DNA of 64,000 nt from assembly GCF_006345805.1 (NCBI RefSeq), contig NC_043000.1, positions 137,826,001 to 137,890,000 on the forward strand, written 5' to 3'. Of this stretch, positions 38,419 through 51,868 are shown piece after piece. Both the position numbers and the translations under genes were made by a program. The stretch comes from Octopus sinensis. Lineage: Eukaryota. The notes under the pieces were generated by a model. The model was given only the letters and a program-made list of their open reading frames with translations, did no database searches and was not told the origin of the DNA. How positions within the stretch are numbered: the stretch's first letter is position 1; each line of letters opens with the position of its first letter.

Positions 38419-39112
38419 AGTTTACATAATATATTTTTAAGTTACAACTCGATTGTCTTTCATGATTTCGCACACATGCAACCGCAAGCTCAAAAACACA
38501 CATGTATACATACACACACGTGAACGAGCGCGATTGGAAAAGCCATATAATAATGGACAATATAAATAACTATTTATGTGAAAAATAGTGCGCGCGAATC
38601 ATGGTCGTATTAGTTTTATATCCTCTTCGTAGAGTCATCAGATTCCTTTATGTTTGTATCTAAATATCTCCATCTAAAACTGATGATAAAAAGCAACTGC
38701 CTTTATATATATATATAAAAAACTGAAATGCGTTTTTACCGCTTGGATCGCTTTCAATGTCACTACGTCCCGTCCGATTCGCTCCAAAATTTACAGGGAC
38801 ACGTAGAATGAGGTGACGATGCTCATGGGCTATCTTAGAAATCCCTATCTTAAAAGGTGTGGTTGCTAGGGGCCATCTTCCTCACTCACGCTATTTCCTC
38901 TATTACCCTCTCACTCCTCTTCAAGTATAACTTTCACAATGTTCACTACCGTTATTTAAAGTATCTGTCACTCTCGCTATTTCCTCTCTTTTTCACTGAC
39001 TCTGTTTCCTACCTTCCCATCACATCGGCGGCGTTCTTTTAAGTATTTGTCTGTCACCAACAACACACGAGCATGAGAACAAATATTATGAATCAGATAT
39101 TCTTGCGTTCAT

Positions 39113-39245
39113 TTATATGTGTGTGTTCTATATATAAATATGTATATATTATGTATGTGTGTGTGTGTGTGTGTTCTATATATAAATATGTATATATAAT
39201 GTATGTGCGTGTGTGTGTTCTATATATAAATATGTATGTATAATA
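39113..39245. repeat. Three copies of a minisatellite unit of about 42 bp
   Basis: gtgtgtgttctatatataaatatgtat appears three times. Confidence 0.9.
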
Positions 39246-40265
39246 TATATATACAAAGTGTATATATCTGTATTTATGTATATTAAACTTTTTCATACTT
39301 TTTCATAGTTATATATATTTTTAAACAAATATAAATATAATTTAATAATTTTTTATTTTCAATTTAAATAATTTTAATTTTTTAATTTTATATTTTATAT
39401 ATTTTCTATATTATTTTTTTTAATGTTTTTGTTTTTGGTTTTTCACTTTTTAATTTGCCTATTAGTGGTTTTATCTCTAATTTAATTTATACTGATATAT
39501 ATCTCATTTGTATACATTTGTATATATAATGCGTGCACACACACACACACACATATATATATACATATATATATATATAATGTGTGCATTACGTAGTCGG
39601 TCGATTCAGCTGAAAATATGCACACCTATGTTAAAAGTGCTGGCAAGTTTGCATGTCAACTATTTTTTTCCTCAAATGAAAGGCGTCACCTCTAGGACAA
39701 AATTCTCTGTTACATCAAGCTAAAAAATTTGCACCAGCCTTTTAATCGTCAATATGTTGCCGTCCATGATAAAGAAGTTTTGAATGCTTGCCATCGTGAG
39801 TCTACTGTCGTGAGAAAGAATCACTTCAAAACTTGGTGTTTACGAATTTTCTTTTACATCAAGTTCAAAATTTTACGCCAGCCGTTAAACTGTCAATACG
39901 TTGTTGTCCGTCGTTAAGAAATGCCAGTCATGGTGACTCTACTATCCTCAGATTCTATCCCTTCAAACTTTGCTTTCCAATATTTTATTATTTTTATTCA
40001 GCTCGCAAGTTCGTCTGTCCCTTTTAAATGTTAGCGTTTTTCTGTCTGCTTTGAAGCAGACCTTTCCGTTGCCACTGCCTAATATTTATGATTGATCTTT
40101 CTAAATATTTTATTTCTCAACTTACTCAAGATCTTCTGTTGTTTATAAATGGGAGAGAGATAGATAAAGATAGAGAGTAAGAGAAAACGAGGGAGAGTCC
40201 GAGAGAAAAGAAACGTAAGAGAGTGGGAAAGTGAGAGAGCAAGGAGAGAGAAACAAATACGGAGA

Positions 40266-40558
40266 ATCATCATCATCATCATCGTTTAACGTCCGTTTTC
40301 CGTGCTAGCACGGGTTGGACAGTGTGACCGGGGTCTGGGAAGCCAGGAGGCTGCACCAGGCTCCAGTCTAATCTGGCAGTGTTTCTACAGGTGGATCAAC
40401 TTCCTAACGCCAACCAATCTGTGAGTGTAGTGGGTGCACAGGTGCCAGGGGGGCTCGCAGCGGCAACAATCGGTTGGTGCTTTTTATGTGCCACCGGCAT
40501 AGAAGCAAGTCAAGGCGGCGCTGCAATCGCCAACGTTCGGATGGTGCTTTTTACGTGC
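40266..40558 (-). mobile_element. Non-LTR/SINE-like 3' fragment with (ATG)n tail
   Basis: (CAT)n tail at the left and a GC-rich body with an internally repeated ggtgctttt(t)a(t/c)gtg. The RTE-like tail assignment is from recall. Confidence 0.55.
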
Positions 40559-40625
40559 TGAAAGGAAGCAACAGAAAGTAACAACCACACACTTACCCGC
40601 GCGTAGAGCGGGTCACCTTCAGCTA

Positions 40626-40660
<35 letters not shown>

Positions 40661-42760
40661 TATAATTCTAGAATAAGTCTCACTGCATCTTCTGCTGTAA
40701 CTCAGTTTGTCAAATCCTTTTAATTACATTTAGTAGGCGACAAAATGCGGAATTCGATCATACATATAAAATAAATACAACACTTAAAAGACGTGCTGGG
40801 GCTGATTTAATTAACGATTCCCTTTAACGCGTAGCCTCCGCTATACTTTAGTGTATTTGTTGGAAGAGCTTTACATCTTGACTTTACGAATCTAATTTCT
40901 TTCTAAATCTACGCAAGTGAGACGTGTTAACTGATAATGTACTCAACAGCTAAATGTGATTTTCGTTTTCCCATAAGTACACAGCATTACTGCTTTCAGG
41001 AAGACTGGAAATATTCTTATGGATTACATATATAAGAGTTATGCAGTTAGTCAAATCGAAGTTTAGAAATTCCAAGATTTGATGTTTCCTATTTAAATTT
41101 TATTAATTAGCTAAGAGGGCATATATGTAGAGATAAACACAAAGTAAGAAAACAATGTGATGTGGGCGTGTACATTATTTTAAATATTGGAAACTCAGGA
41201 ATAGAAAGCAAATAAAAGCAGTAATTTTGTCATGTTTGGTGAAGCAGAAGAAAAAATAGATGTACAACTATTAAATACGAACGTTGAAATGTAATAAACA
41301 TTGATAGAGTAAATAAGATAATGTAATAAATCTATCTATCTTCTCTATCTAGATATCTATCTATCTATATCTATCTCTTTCACACACAGGCGTACACACA
41401 TGCACATATATATTCTAATTGACGCCTCATCCAAAATGCAGATGAAGTCACGCTTAATTCCACTTTAACCTTCTACAAACACTCGTGATTCACACAAAAC
41501 TACAAGTCAAAGAGTTACTGATACCAAGAATGGTAACCACTGTAGCATCCTCCAGTAGGGCGTTACCAATCTTTTTTAACAGTAGAAGTATTTACGCACT
41601 ACTTTTATCAAGAATACACACTGTTCTAACTATGATCGGATCTGAGGCAAGCAATTTTTTCAATTTTTTTTCAATAGATCTTTCCATTTGTAGGACTTCA
41701 CTTTCTTCGCCTGGCGAAAAACATCTCCTTTACATAACGCAGATTGCGCCCCGAAGACAGGTCATTATATTCAGTGCCAGAAAATATTTCAACCTCCAAT
41801 AGTAGGCAACACTTTGTAAAGCTCAGTTGATGACACTTTATAAAACTCCGGAACAGTGAACTGCCCTTTAAACTAGAGATTTATTACTGTTATGCACACA
41901 TATATCCTGGACAAAATCCAGATAAGGACTAATTGTTGCTAGATCACTCACAGACCTACTCCAGTCTCTATCCCACAGATGTATTCTTTTCATGTGTTTT
42001 CTATCAATATTATTTATACAATAGCCTCTTTCCTTGGAGTTGACCGATCTTGAATTTCCTTCACTCAAGAGCTTATGAACCAATCATCTCTCTTCTTCGC
42101 ATCAAAGATGCAGTGTTCAACAGCATAAACCCTCATCAGCCCTTCTGCCCTATCTTTCCTCTCTCCAGAACATCGGACTTCTGTTATCTTCTTCCTGGTC
42201 ATATTTACCCTGTAAGTGTTAAACTTATAACATTGTAACAGGGGCATGAACAACAAGTAAACAAAATATGTAAACGTAGAATGAATTGAAAAGTGTTAAA
42301 CAATGTCGCAAGGAGAAAATGAATGAAAGGCAGACATAGAAAAAGAGAAGTCAGGTTGAGTAAGATATATCGACAGTATAGTGAGCGGAGTTAGTTAAAA
42401 GAAATAGTCTACATTATTCACTAGACAAATTGGAGTTCATTTATCGATTCTGAAATAAAAAGGAAGTCAATTTTCGATATTTTTCATTTCTACTTCAAAA
42501 TACCCTTGAAGAACACAGGGGTAATAAGAAGTTTGTGATTGTAAATATGACTGAAAAGACATCTCTGAATATCCATAGTTTTTTTTTATACATTTTCAAA
42601 AAATCTTAAAAACAGAAGAGTTTTCGAAATTCCACTTGTTGCAATACATTGAACCCGCAATGAATTGGAGAAAATTTAATATCAGGTAGCTGTTCCGGTA
42701 ATTTTACCTAGCGATTATTAATATTGTTAATATGAAAATGAACCTACTTTTATAAGAATA

Positions 42761-43279
42761 CTAGCAGAGATACCCGGCGTTACTCGGTTACATTCAATTG
42801 AAGAATTAGACTTTTCTGTTATATTTTCTGTAATTAACTGGAATATCTATGTTTCGAATTTCATCAAAATTGCAGATGAGGGTTATTTCCCTCTTTACAC
42901 ACCCTAAAAAATTTGTAATCGTGCCACATGTATCCCATACTACTGATTTTTATGCGCATATTCCAAAATTCCAATGTTATTGAACCTGTTAAAAAGATTT
43001 TGCTCCTAAAAAATGAAGGTCATGGAGCTCTAAAATGTGAGAGTTAAGGCCCCTGTTGGGGGTGGGCATCTTAATGTCAACCAGAGAAGTTGAATTGTTG
43101 AAAATCTTTTAAACTCGGGTCTTATATCTATTGTTTGAATTTCTTTGAAATAGGAAATATATGTTCACTGGGTTTGTAAAAGAGAGCAAAGCTACAGGAA
43201 ACCAAAAGACGAATGATCACAATAAGCAGTCAGTTACCCTACCCTAGTCGTTACTTGAAGTACCGGTTCAAGAACTATG

Positions 43280-43328
<49 letters not shown>

Positions 43329-44007
43329 TGTGTGTGTGTGTGTGTGTGGTGTGTGTGTGTGTGTGTGTGTATACATATATGTATACACACACATACACAA
43401 ACACACACACAGATAAATTGATAGATACAACTGAGTTGGGAAAACAAAAATATGAGACACTTCGTAGTGCTGTTTTATATTTTGATAAGCCTGGTACTTA
43501 TTCTATCAGTTTCTCCTTGTGAAACCAGTAAGTTATGGGGATGGAAATAAACGAACACTAGTTGTGAAGCAGTGATGGGGGAGAAACACGAAGACACACA
43601 CATAGACTTACATATATACATACATATACATACAATTAATTTCTTTCAATTTCTGTCTGCAAAATCCACTGACAAGGCTTTGGTTGGTCTGAGGCTATAG
43701 CAGAAGACACATGCCAAGTTACCACACAGTGGGACTGAACTGAGGACCATGTGTTTTGGAACCAAGTTTGTTACCACACAGCCACACCTGCTCCTATGTG
43801 TGTGTTTGTGTGTGGATCGGAGTGTGTGTGTATGGGTGCATGTATTTATGCATGTATATGTATGTGTGCATATTACATGTACATCTATATATACATCTAG
43901 ACATACATGTTTACATACACATGTATATCTATAGAAATACATCTATACATATACATGTATACATATACATGTATATATATACATGTATATATATACATGT
44001 ATATATG

Positions 44008-44052
<45 letters not shown>

Positions 44053-44062
44053 TATATATGTG

Positions 44063-44111
<49 letters not shown>

Positions 44112-44376
44112 TATATATATACATACATATACATCCATATACATACAATAGAGAGATGCTTTTGTTTCACTTTTAACACGTAATACTGAAATAGTGGAGA
44201 AGATGTGATATTGCTGTGGGCTCGAAGTTAAACATTTTTGTTTTTGCCCATGACACTACATAGACCTAGGTAAGGCATGTGTAAAATTTGAATGAAATTG
44301 GTTGTGTAGTTCTCAAGTTTTAGGGATTCACACAGACAGACAGACAGACATTCTCAGTTTTATATATATATATAGA
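42761..44376 (-). mobile_element. Non-autonomous Helitron with nested SINE and microsatellites
   Basis: Minus-strand 3' end ccgagtaacgccgggtatctctgCTAG resembles 16553-16580; the 5' end tctatatatatataaaactg resembles 16068; flanks are A and T. Confidence 0.65.
43467..43795 (-). mobile_element. SINE family A, diverged
   Basis: Head and central part are colinear with 10436-10853. Confidence 0.8.
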
Positions 44377-44682
44377 TAACAGTCCGCCTGGGTTCGACCA
44401 CAATCCCTAGAGGTTAGTGTGTCGGATTCATGATCATCACGTCATGGGTTTGATTCCTTGAACAAGGCACTTTATTTGAAGTAGGTCCGATAGATTCAGC
44501 TGACGAAAACCCGGTAAGTACTGGTGTTAAATTTTTTGCTTCTTTTGTTATCAGATTCTTGATGTTTCATTCGGACAAGCGTTGGAGAACCGATAAAATA
44601 TCTATGTTGGAAAGAACTGTTCCTCCATGTGGGGAGATGCAGTGAAAAATATGATGAAGGAAAATACATAAAATTAATGTAT

Positions 44683-44868
44683 TTATATATATATATATAT
44701 ATATATATACCTATAGGGCACATAGAGTGTGCCTATAGCCAGCTGGAGAAGATGTTCTCCTGGGGTTACAAGCTACAGTAACATCCACCCTTAGTGGTTA
44801 GCCATATTGAGATGGCAAATATACTTCACATTGTCGTGCAGCTACTGGCTATACCTCGTTCAGAGATT

Positions 44869-44912
<44 letters not shown>
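44683..44912 (+). mobile_element. Short copy of the 51668-52119 family flanked by a 21-bp direct repeat
   Basis: aaatacataaaattaatgtat at 44662-82 and 44913-33. The core 44711-44870 aligns with 52003-52117 and 51683-51780. Confidence 0.75.
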
Positions 44913-44917
<5 letters not shown>

Positions 44918-46736
44918 CATAAAATTAATGTATCTATCTATCTATATACCGGAGTACTCAAATACCAGTGATAGAGTAATATGTTGAATTTTCTGCTGCT
45001 CTAAATAAAGCATATCTATCTATCTATCTCTCTCTCTATATATATATATGTATATTATTTATACATACATACATACATATACCTATGTTTGTGCGAAGTA
45101 ATACCCTTCTAATGTATATGCATTACTAAGATCAAGACAACTATTCGTGCTGAAGGTAACATCCTTTCATTTTTTAACTTACTGGTGTGTGTATATACGT
45201 GTGTGTATATGGATTGGTGCATTCATATTTATGTTATAAAAATAAACAAGCATAAATTTCTTCCACATAAAATTTATCCATTGATAGTGAACAACACAAT
45301 ATATATGTTGTTGAGGAAGATTATGTTTAATAATTTATAAGTCAGCAATGATCGTTTTGACCTTTTTGGAAAATGAAACCCTTTACAACGTAATATTCTG
45401 TTTCCTACTTATTCTGGTACAATTAATTGATAGATTCTTATTGTTTTGAATAAGACGAGAGAGTCACTCATTACGTTAATAGAAAAATATTGTGGAGCTT
45501 AAGATTAGCGAAAGCAAACTGGGAAGTATTACATGAAATATTATCAATATTAGAAATACTAGAAATATTTTTAACAAATTGCAATGTGTCATGTTTTCTG
45601 GATTTGGAGGAAGAATAGTTACGCTGTTTATAGTGTCCATTAAAATAGTTATTTAGGGTGTTTTTACGGTATTTTATTTGTCTGCAGCAAAGCGAACAGA
45701 TTTTGTCAATGAGAGTTAATATCATCTATATATTTTGAGGGATTCATAGTATTATCTAGCGAATTACTTATTTTTCTTTCCATAATAGTTTGGAAATGAG
45801 ATATGCGATTTGTTAATAAGATTATAATTACGTTATCTATTTGCCGTGAGAGTGATTTCTTTATAAGCCTACAATATAAGCGTTCTTGATTTTGAAAGTA
45901 TTTCTTTTATATATATTATTTTTGTGGAATAAATATACGTATATACATTCATTAATCCCCATCACGTCTGTTACTCGCAGTTACATACGGATACATCATT
46001 TCCATATTTAGCGTCCTACGTTTTGTAATTTCGCTGTCTTGTAACATGTTGCAAACCAGAACAGTCGTAAATTGAGATAGTAATAACACATCCCTAGTTC
46101 GGAGATGAATTTCAGGTATTGCTGGAAAAGGTAACTGGATATTCTGTCTCAAGAGAGTATATATGAGTATTAATGATTAGTGGTGTGTTTAATGAAATTA
46201 ACTAATCCCACAAGATTCATGCATAGGGCTGACGATTATTTCATTAGGTGAACATTTACAGATATTTATTTTCTTCGTTTTCTTTAGTTAATTACATTGC
46301 ATATATTGCCTGAAATTTTCTCATAATTCAAATAATATCTCTGGATATGTTTCAAGTACTTTATCCGATGCATTTTAAGCTAAGCTATATATTTGTCTCG
46401 ACATAATTACTGTGAAAACAATGTCATCGTAGACCGTTAGGAAATTGCAAATTAGATTTGCTTTAAATCGAATTCATTCTTTCATGTTATATATTATGAA
46501 TTATGTTATACGTTATGTATCTCTTTGCAAATATATTTCATATCACAATAAATGAAATATTTGTCCAAATGGTATCATGATATTTTAATTTCAATTGAAT
46601 TGAATACAACTGTCTTTTAACAAAAGACAATTAGATTACCGAGTCACAATTAAACATCTGAGGTGATTTTACATAAGCTGCAAAATCCAAGCTTTCGGAC
46701 ATATACAGTTAATCAAAGATTCACACACACACACAC

Positions 46737-46778
<42 letters not shown>

Positions 46779-47534
46779 GCACACACACGCATATACACAC
46801 AGCCTCATCAATTAAGTCATTGCACTGGGAAATAGACAAACGAAGAAATGGAGATGTGTTGTAAAGGAGATGTAGTCGGAAAAGAGAAAAACCAGTGAAA
46901 GCTGTTTTAGTGGTGATGAGGGTTGCTGTGATTAACACGGGACCTGATGCTCGTCGTATCATGCGGGTAACAGGGTGAGGGAAACGGAATGAGAAAGAAA
47001 ATAGTGATAGTCACTCTCCCACACGGCACTATTATACTTACACTCACACACATACGTACATATATGTTTCTTTATTAGCCACACAGGGGGGACAAATTAC
47101 AAAGTAGAGCTTTTTATTTTGGGGGAGAATAAAAATAAAATAAAAATAAAAATAAAGAATAAAAAGGGGGTGGTTTTTGATCAAAACGGATCGTAAAAAA
47201 TATATATATACAATATCTACACTATACACGCTCAAACAAACACACGCACACACACATATATTTATACATTATATGCGTATGTATATATTCATAGTTATGC
47301 AGACATATACACACGTATATATGTAATTATATTCCTTACGTTTTCGACTGATTTTCGTCCTGGCACTCTGTGCAAATAGCCTAATAGAGTGATATTACGT
47401 GATACGGTAGTACCATCCAACGGTGCAGATAGATGTTCAGTTCGTCAGCCGATATAGTCAGTGCTTAATGAACACGTTTCGTCAACATGAGATTTGTGTC
47501 TCCCGACGTTACTAGCAGTTTAAGGTGCTTTTGA

Positions 47535-47630
47535 TTACATCGATGTCAGTAAGTGAAAGGGTATTTCATTTTATCAACTCCCTAGGGATGAAAGCCGAAT
47601 TTGACTTCGGTGGGATTTGAACTCAGAGCA
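47535..47630 (-). mobile_element. SINE family B fragment
   Basis: Reverse complement reads ctgagttcaaatcccaccgaagtcaaattcggctttcatcc...gataaaatgaaatacc. Confidence 0.6.
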
Positions 47631-47839
47631 TCACTCGTCGCTTATTCATTCATGTTTTCATGTATCTCCACCACTAATTTGGTTCCGCATGCCATTCCAT
47701 GTTAAAGCGGACTTACGCTGTCTTTGTTATAATAATGCCACTGATTATGACGTAATCATCATTAATTTGGCGCGATTCATGAAAATAATCCTTATGATAC
47801 ATGACATATAACCAAACAATTAATAACTAAATGTGATCC

Positions 47840-48130
47840 CTGTGCGTGTTGGTTTTACCTGCAAGAATTGCTTGGCGATCTCCTCGAAATACTAGCTTCC
47901 TCTTTCTTCCGGTCTTTCAAAATGTGAGCCCGTGTGTACCGTTGGCGATTTTTTTCCTCCGTCTTCCCTTCTCTGGATCTTTCCTTCTCCTATGTTTCCG
48001 ACGAAGAGCTCCGCTCGAAACGTTAAACCCTTTTTCTTTCCTTCTTTCCTGAGCGTCCAATAATACTATATTTGTTCCACGTCCTCGCGTTGTTGTGTTT
48101 TTCTTTTGTGCTTTCTTGTTTGGATTAACT
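47840..48130 (+). mobile_element. Penelope pLTR-like, pyrimidine-rich repeat carrying a hammerhead motif
   Basis: GC-richer non-coding block containing the 47994-48028 motif; boundaries are approximate. Confidence 0.5.
47994..48028 (+). ncRNA. Minimal type-I hammerhead ribozyme motif, all helices paired
   Basis: GUUU CCGACGA A GAGC(UCC)GCUC GAAA CGUU AAAC: 4-bp stem I, 4-bp stem II, palindromic AACGUU stem III, GUU triplet; U4>C. Confidence 0.7.
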
Positions 48131-48370
48131 TCATAATATTATAGTTGTGCACAAAGTATTTTCAAACAGATGGGAGGGTCATGGCTGAACATCCTTAGAT
48201 CAAAGATCTGCTCCATTATAACTAGACTAAACCAGATTAATAGCAATGCCGATTGGTAAAAGCACGTTCGACAATTTATTTACAGCACTTAGAGAGGTTA
48301 CAATCAACTGGCTTTCCGGAAAAATTGGTGAAGTACCTTGATGAAGAAATTCAGTATTAATGCAAAAGTT

Positions 48371-48586
48371 TAAGGCGGTTAGCTGGTAGAGTCATTAACT
48401 CATTAGGCAAAATACTTAGCGGCATTTCGTCCGTCTACAGACTCTGAGTTGGAATACTGCCATGGTCGATTTGCCATTGATCTTTTTCGGGTCGATAAAA
48501 TAAATAAAAGTTGAACATTTGGGTCGATGTAATCGACTTACCATTTCCTCAGAAATTGCTGGCCTTGTGTAAAATTGGAAACTAAT
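48371..48586 (+). mobile_element. SINE family B variant, diverged
   Basis: aaggcggttagctgg head, gggtcgataaaata...gggtcgatgtaatcgactta, and a tail like 38205-38418. Confidence 0.7.
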
Positions 48587-49343
48587 ATTAGAATAAAAAT
48601 GAACAGTAACAAAACCAGTGTAGTGGCGGATGCATTTGGAAAGCAAGTTTGGTGTTAATTTTACGTTACAATAGAATACGATAGTATAGCAAATGGAAGT
48701 TGAAATTTGGCCAAAGAAATATCACCTGGGCGTTGAAAATGCTGAAAAATGGGAAGAAGTAATAGTGGCATCTTTTTCTGTTAACAGAGCATTCACAGAG
48801 GTTATGAATCTATACAAATTATAATCAGTGGTTGATTGTCATTTTGTCATTGCATATCGATTAGTCTGAAAGCATTTAGAAACATCAGGAGTGAATGAGT
48901 ACAAATACAACAAATAAACCAAATAAACGAAATACAGCAAATACACAAAAACATATATATGCTTCATATATAAATATGGCTGCATAATTAATACGAAAAC
49001 AAAAACGGCAGAGAGCGTCATAAATGTGTAGAATATGCATATGCATATGTGTGAGGTGTGTGTTTTAGGTCTGCATGCGTGTTTGTATGTCTCTTTCTGT
49101 TTGTTTCTGTCTCTGTCTGCCTGTCTATCTGTCTGTCTGTCTGTTTGTCTCTCGCTATATATATATGTATATATATGTGTGTATATATATGTATATATAT
49201 ATATGTATATATATATATGTGTATATATATATATGCATATATATACATATACACATATATATATAGACACATTAATACATTTATATATATATGCGAATAT
49301 ATGTATATTGGTATATATACATACGTACATATACACACATACA

Positions 49344-49408
<65 letters not shown>

Positions 49409-49459
49409 GCACATATAAATAAATGTGTGTCTATGTATGTATTTATGTGCGTGTCTTTG

Positions 49460-49660
49460 CGTGAGTCTTTGTCCCCTACCTCCACTTTCATTCTGATGTT
49501 CGTTGCAACATAGTGACTCAGCAAAAGAAACCGATTGAATAAGTACCACCTTTAAATGAATAAGTACTGGGGTCGAATTGTTCGACTAAACTCTTCAAGT
49601 CGGTGTCCAATTATTGCCGCAGTCTGAAACAAATGAAAGACAAAGATAAATGATAAAAGG
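49460..49660 (+). mobile_element. SINE family A-like 3' half
   Basis: gcaaaagaaaccgattgaataagtacc...ataagtactggggtcgaattgttcgactaaa, following a microsatellite. Confidence 0.65.
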
Positions 49661-51667
49661 TAACATGAAATCCTACTCACCGTCTGAGAGTATCTAGCAA
49701 TAGTTTATTAAACATAAAAATCCGCAGAATGGTAAACGCGTGCGTTGTAATACTAGTTTTGATAGAGGCTGTCCTCGACTGAGTATTTATCTAGGAAATG
49801 CGTTAGCCACATGTATATGGGCGTGCACGTAAGTGTGAGTGAGCGTGTGAGCATTTGTATGTGTGAATAGAGGCGAATTTTGTATCATTTTCAAGTAGTT
49901 TGATGTCTGTAGAGCAATATGTTGTTCTTTAGGTCAATTGGTAAGCTTTGGTTGGTGCATTTTGTACGAGACAGGTCATTCCGATGTCTTCGGTTTTCGT
50001 TGCATACTTTTCACCAGCATGTTAACTGTATGACCTACATGTGTGTGTGGATATTTACTAGTCCTCACCACTATAATCAATTAGGTGTGGGGGGTAATTT
50101 ATTGGTTCTCTTCGTACTTATTGTCATTCAACCCCTTTTTCTCAATTGTATATTTGCAAACGCACCCACAGTCAATCCGGATACAGGACGGGTACACTAT
50201 AAAATACTATTACTAGAATCCGTTTTTGGTATTTTCCACAGTAACGACATACGAGTGATAGTCCTTCTGTATAAATGATATAAAGTACGCATCCTGCCCC
50301 GTGTCCTCACCTGGTGATGAAACAAATATATTCAGTGGATTTACTGCTTTCATGGACTAAGATGTGGGTGACAAAAGGATCCCTAAAACTTTCATACTCA
50401 TGTTTGTCAGATTGTTTACTGCATGTGGTAATTATTCAGGATTTTGAAGTGAAAATGCACATGCAAAAATGTCTTCTTAGAAATTTGCTTTGTTTCAGGA
50501 AATAGTTTTGTTTTAAGAAGAACACGGCTCACCTGACAGGTGTCCAATAAATAAAGCATTGCCATTTCTGCTGTTAGTGGAACATATTTTCATGAATTGG
50601 ATTAATCCAGCTTGAATAAATAGATAATGCATTTTTATTTAGTTGACAAGGAAGAAAATAAAGTTAGTTTCTTTTTGAGTTTGCTACAAAAATTTCTCTT
50701 GACACACAACTATATTCAATTCTCCCGGTCTAACTGATTGCGTTAGGATTTCGAAAGAGGATTCTGAGGGAGAACTTATCTCATTAAAAGTATAAAAAAG
50801 GGAACCCTGCATATTTAATAAGCTGTTGCTCTCCAACAATGTAACAAACCCAACAAAGACAGTTCACATTCTGATAGCCCTCTCATAATGACAATGTCCT
50901 ACAGTGTGTTGATTATAACACCAGCTTCAGCTCCATTGTGGTGATAATTTTTCTGTAGTTGGAAACACTCTTGATAAAAGAAAAAATGTATTGGACCGCG
51001 TCAGCTGTCTTTTTGTAATGAATTTGTTATCTTTGTTACGAATTCTCTGTTCTAGCAAGCAAATAACCAGAAAACAATTTGCATGCATCCTCGGTCAAAG
51101 GACTAACAGTTAATTGATTACATAATCACCGGAAAACGAAATAAGAATTATGTTCGTTTCACTCGTTTAATCCATAACACCTGTCGGCTGTCAGATAACT
51201 CTTTATTGCACTACAAAGTGTCTTTCAAAATTTCAAAACATAAAATCAGTGACATCAAATTATTGAATACCTCAAGTTTAAGAACAGGAAACTGGAGCTA
51301 TTAGATAAATTAGATGCAACTCATCCAAATGTAAATAGAACAGAAAATCTAGTGCGTGTTTTAACGAAGCAACATATTGTGATTCCTTTGAAATACTTTG
51401 TTATCCATCGTAAGGGTTATTTAAGAGAGAACAGACTTGAAGTTACGTTTTTACAAATTAGACATAATTCGAAATCTGTGTAAAAATGCTCAACGAAAAA
51501 AAAAGAAACAGTTTTCTTTATCTCGAAAGACTAGTACAAAAAAACTTCAATAAACGGGAAAGAAAAATGATGGCCATAGAAAACAGATGAGATTCTATCT
51601 GTAGCAAACGGGAAGAACATTTAGGAATACTCCGAATACAATATTTTGTGATAACTATTTCATAATT

Positions 51668-51833
51668 AATAATAAATCTAAACTACAGTAGCATCCACCC
51701 TTAAGGTTTAGCCACATTTAAGTGGCAAATATACTTCACCATATCGTGCAGCTACTGTTTATACCTATCTCAGAGATATATTATTGCTTGTTCAAACTTT
51801 TTCGAGATCAGTGACTTTTCGTCACTGGAAAAA

Positions 51834-51868
<35 letters not shown>

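Larger units (their letters stand above)
38703..40626 (+). mobile_element. Probable composite non-autonomous Helitron
   Basis: Clear 3' end: hairpin acccgc-gcgtaga-gcgggt (40595-40613), then CTAG|T. The 5' end is inferred from tatatatataaaaaactg near 38703, like the other Helitron starts but without the TC. Confidence 0.45.

Noticed and set aside
38610-38650. Minus-strand CUGAUGA-CUCU/AGAG hairpin
   Set aside because: Followed by GAUA, with no stem III or stem I.
42205-42225. taccctgta resembling the miR-10 5' end
   Set aside because: The match ends after 9 nt and there is no precursor hairpin.
47470-47525. GAAACGUGUU preceded by an imperfect stem on the minus strand
   Set aside because: No recognisable CUGANGA core.
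48839-49549. Longest ORF (236 aa), and similar YI/CV/HT-rich ORFs elsewhere
   Set aside because: Dinucleotide-repeat and SINE read-through.
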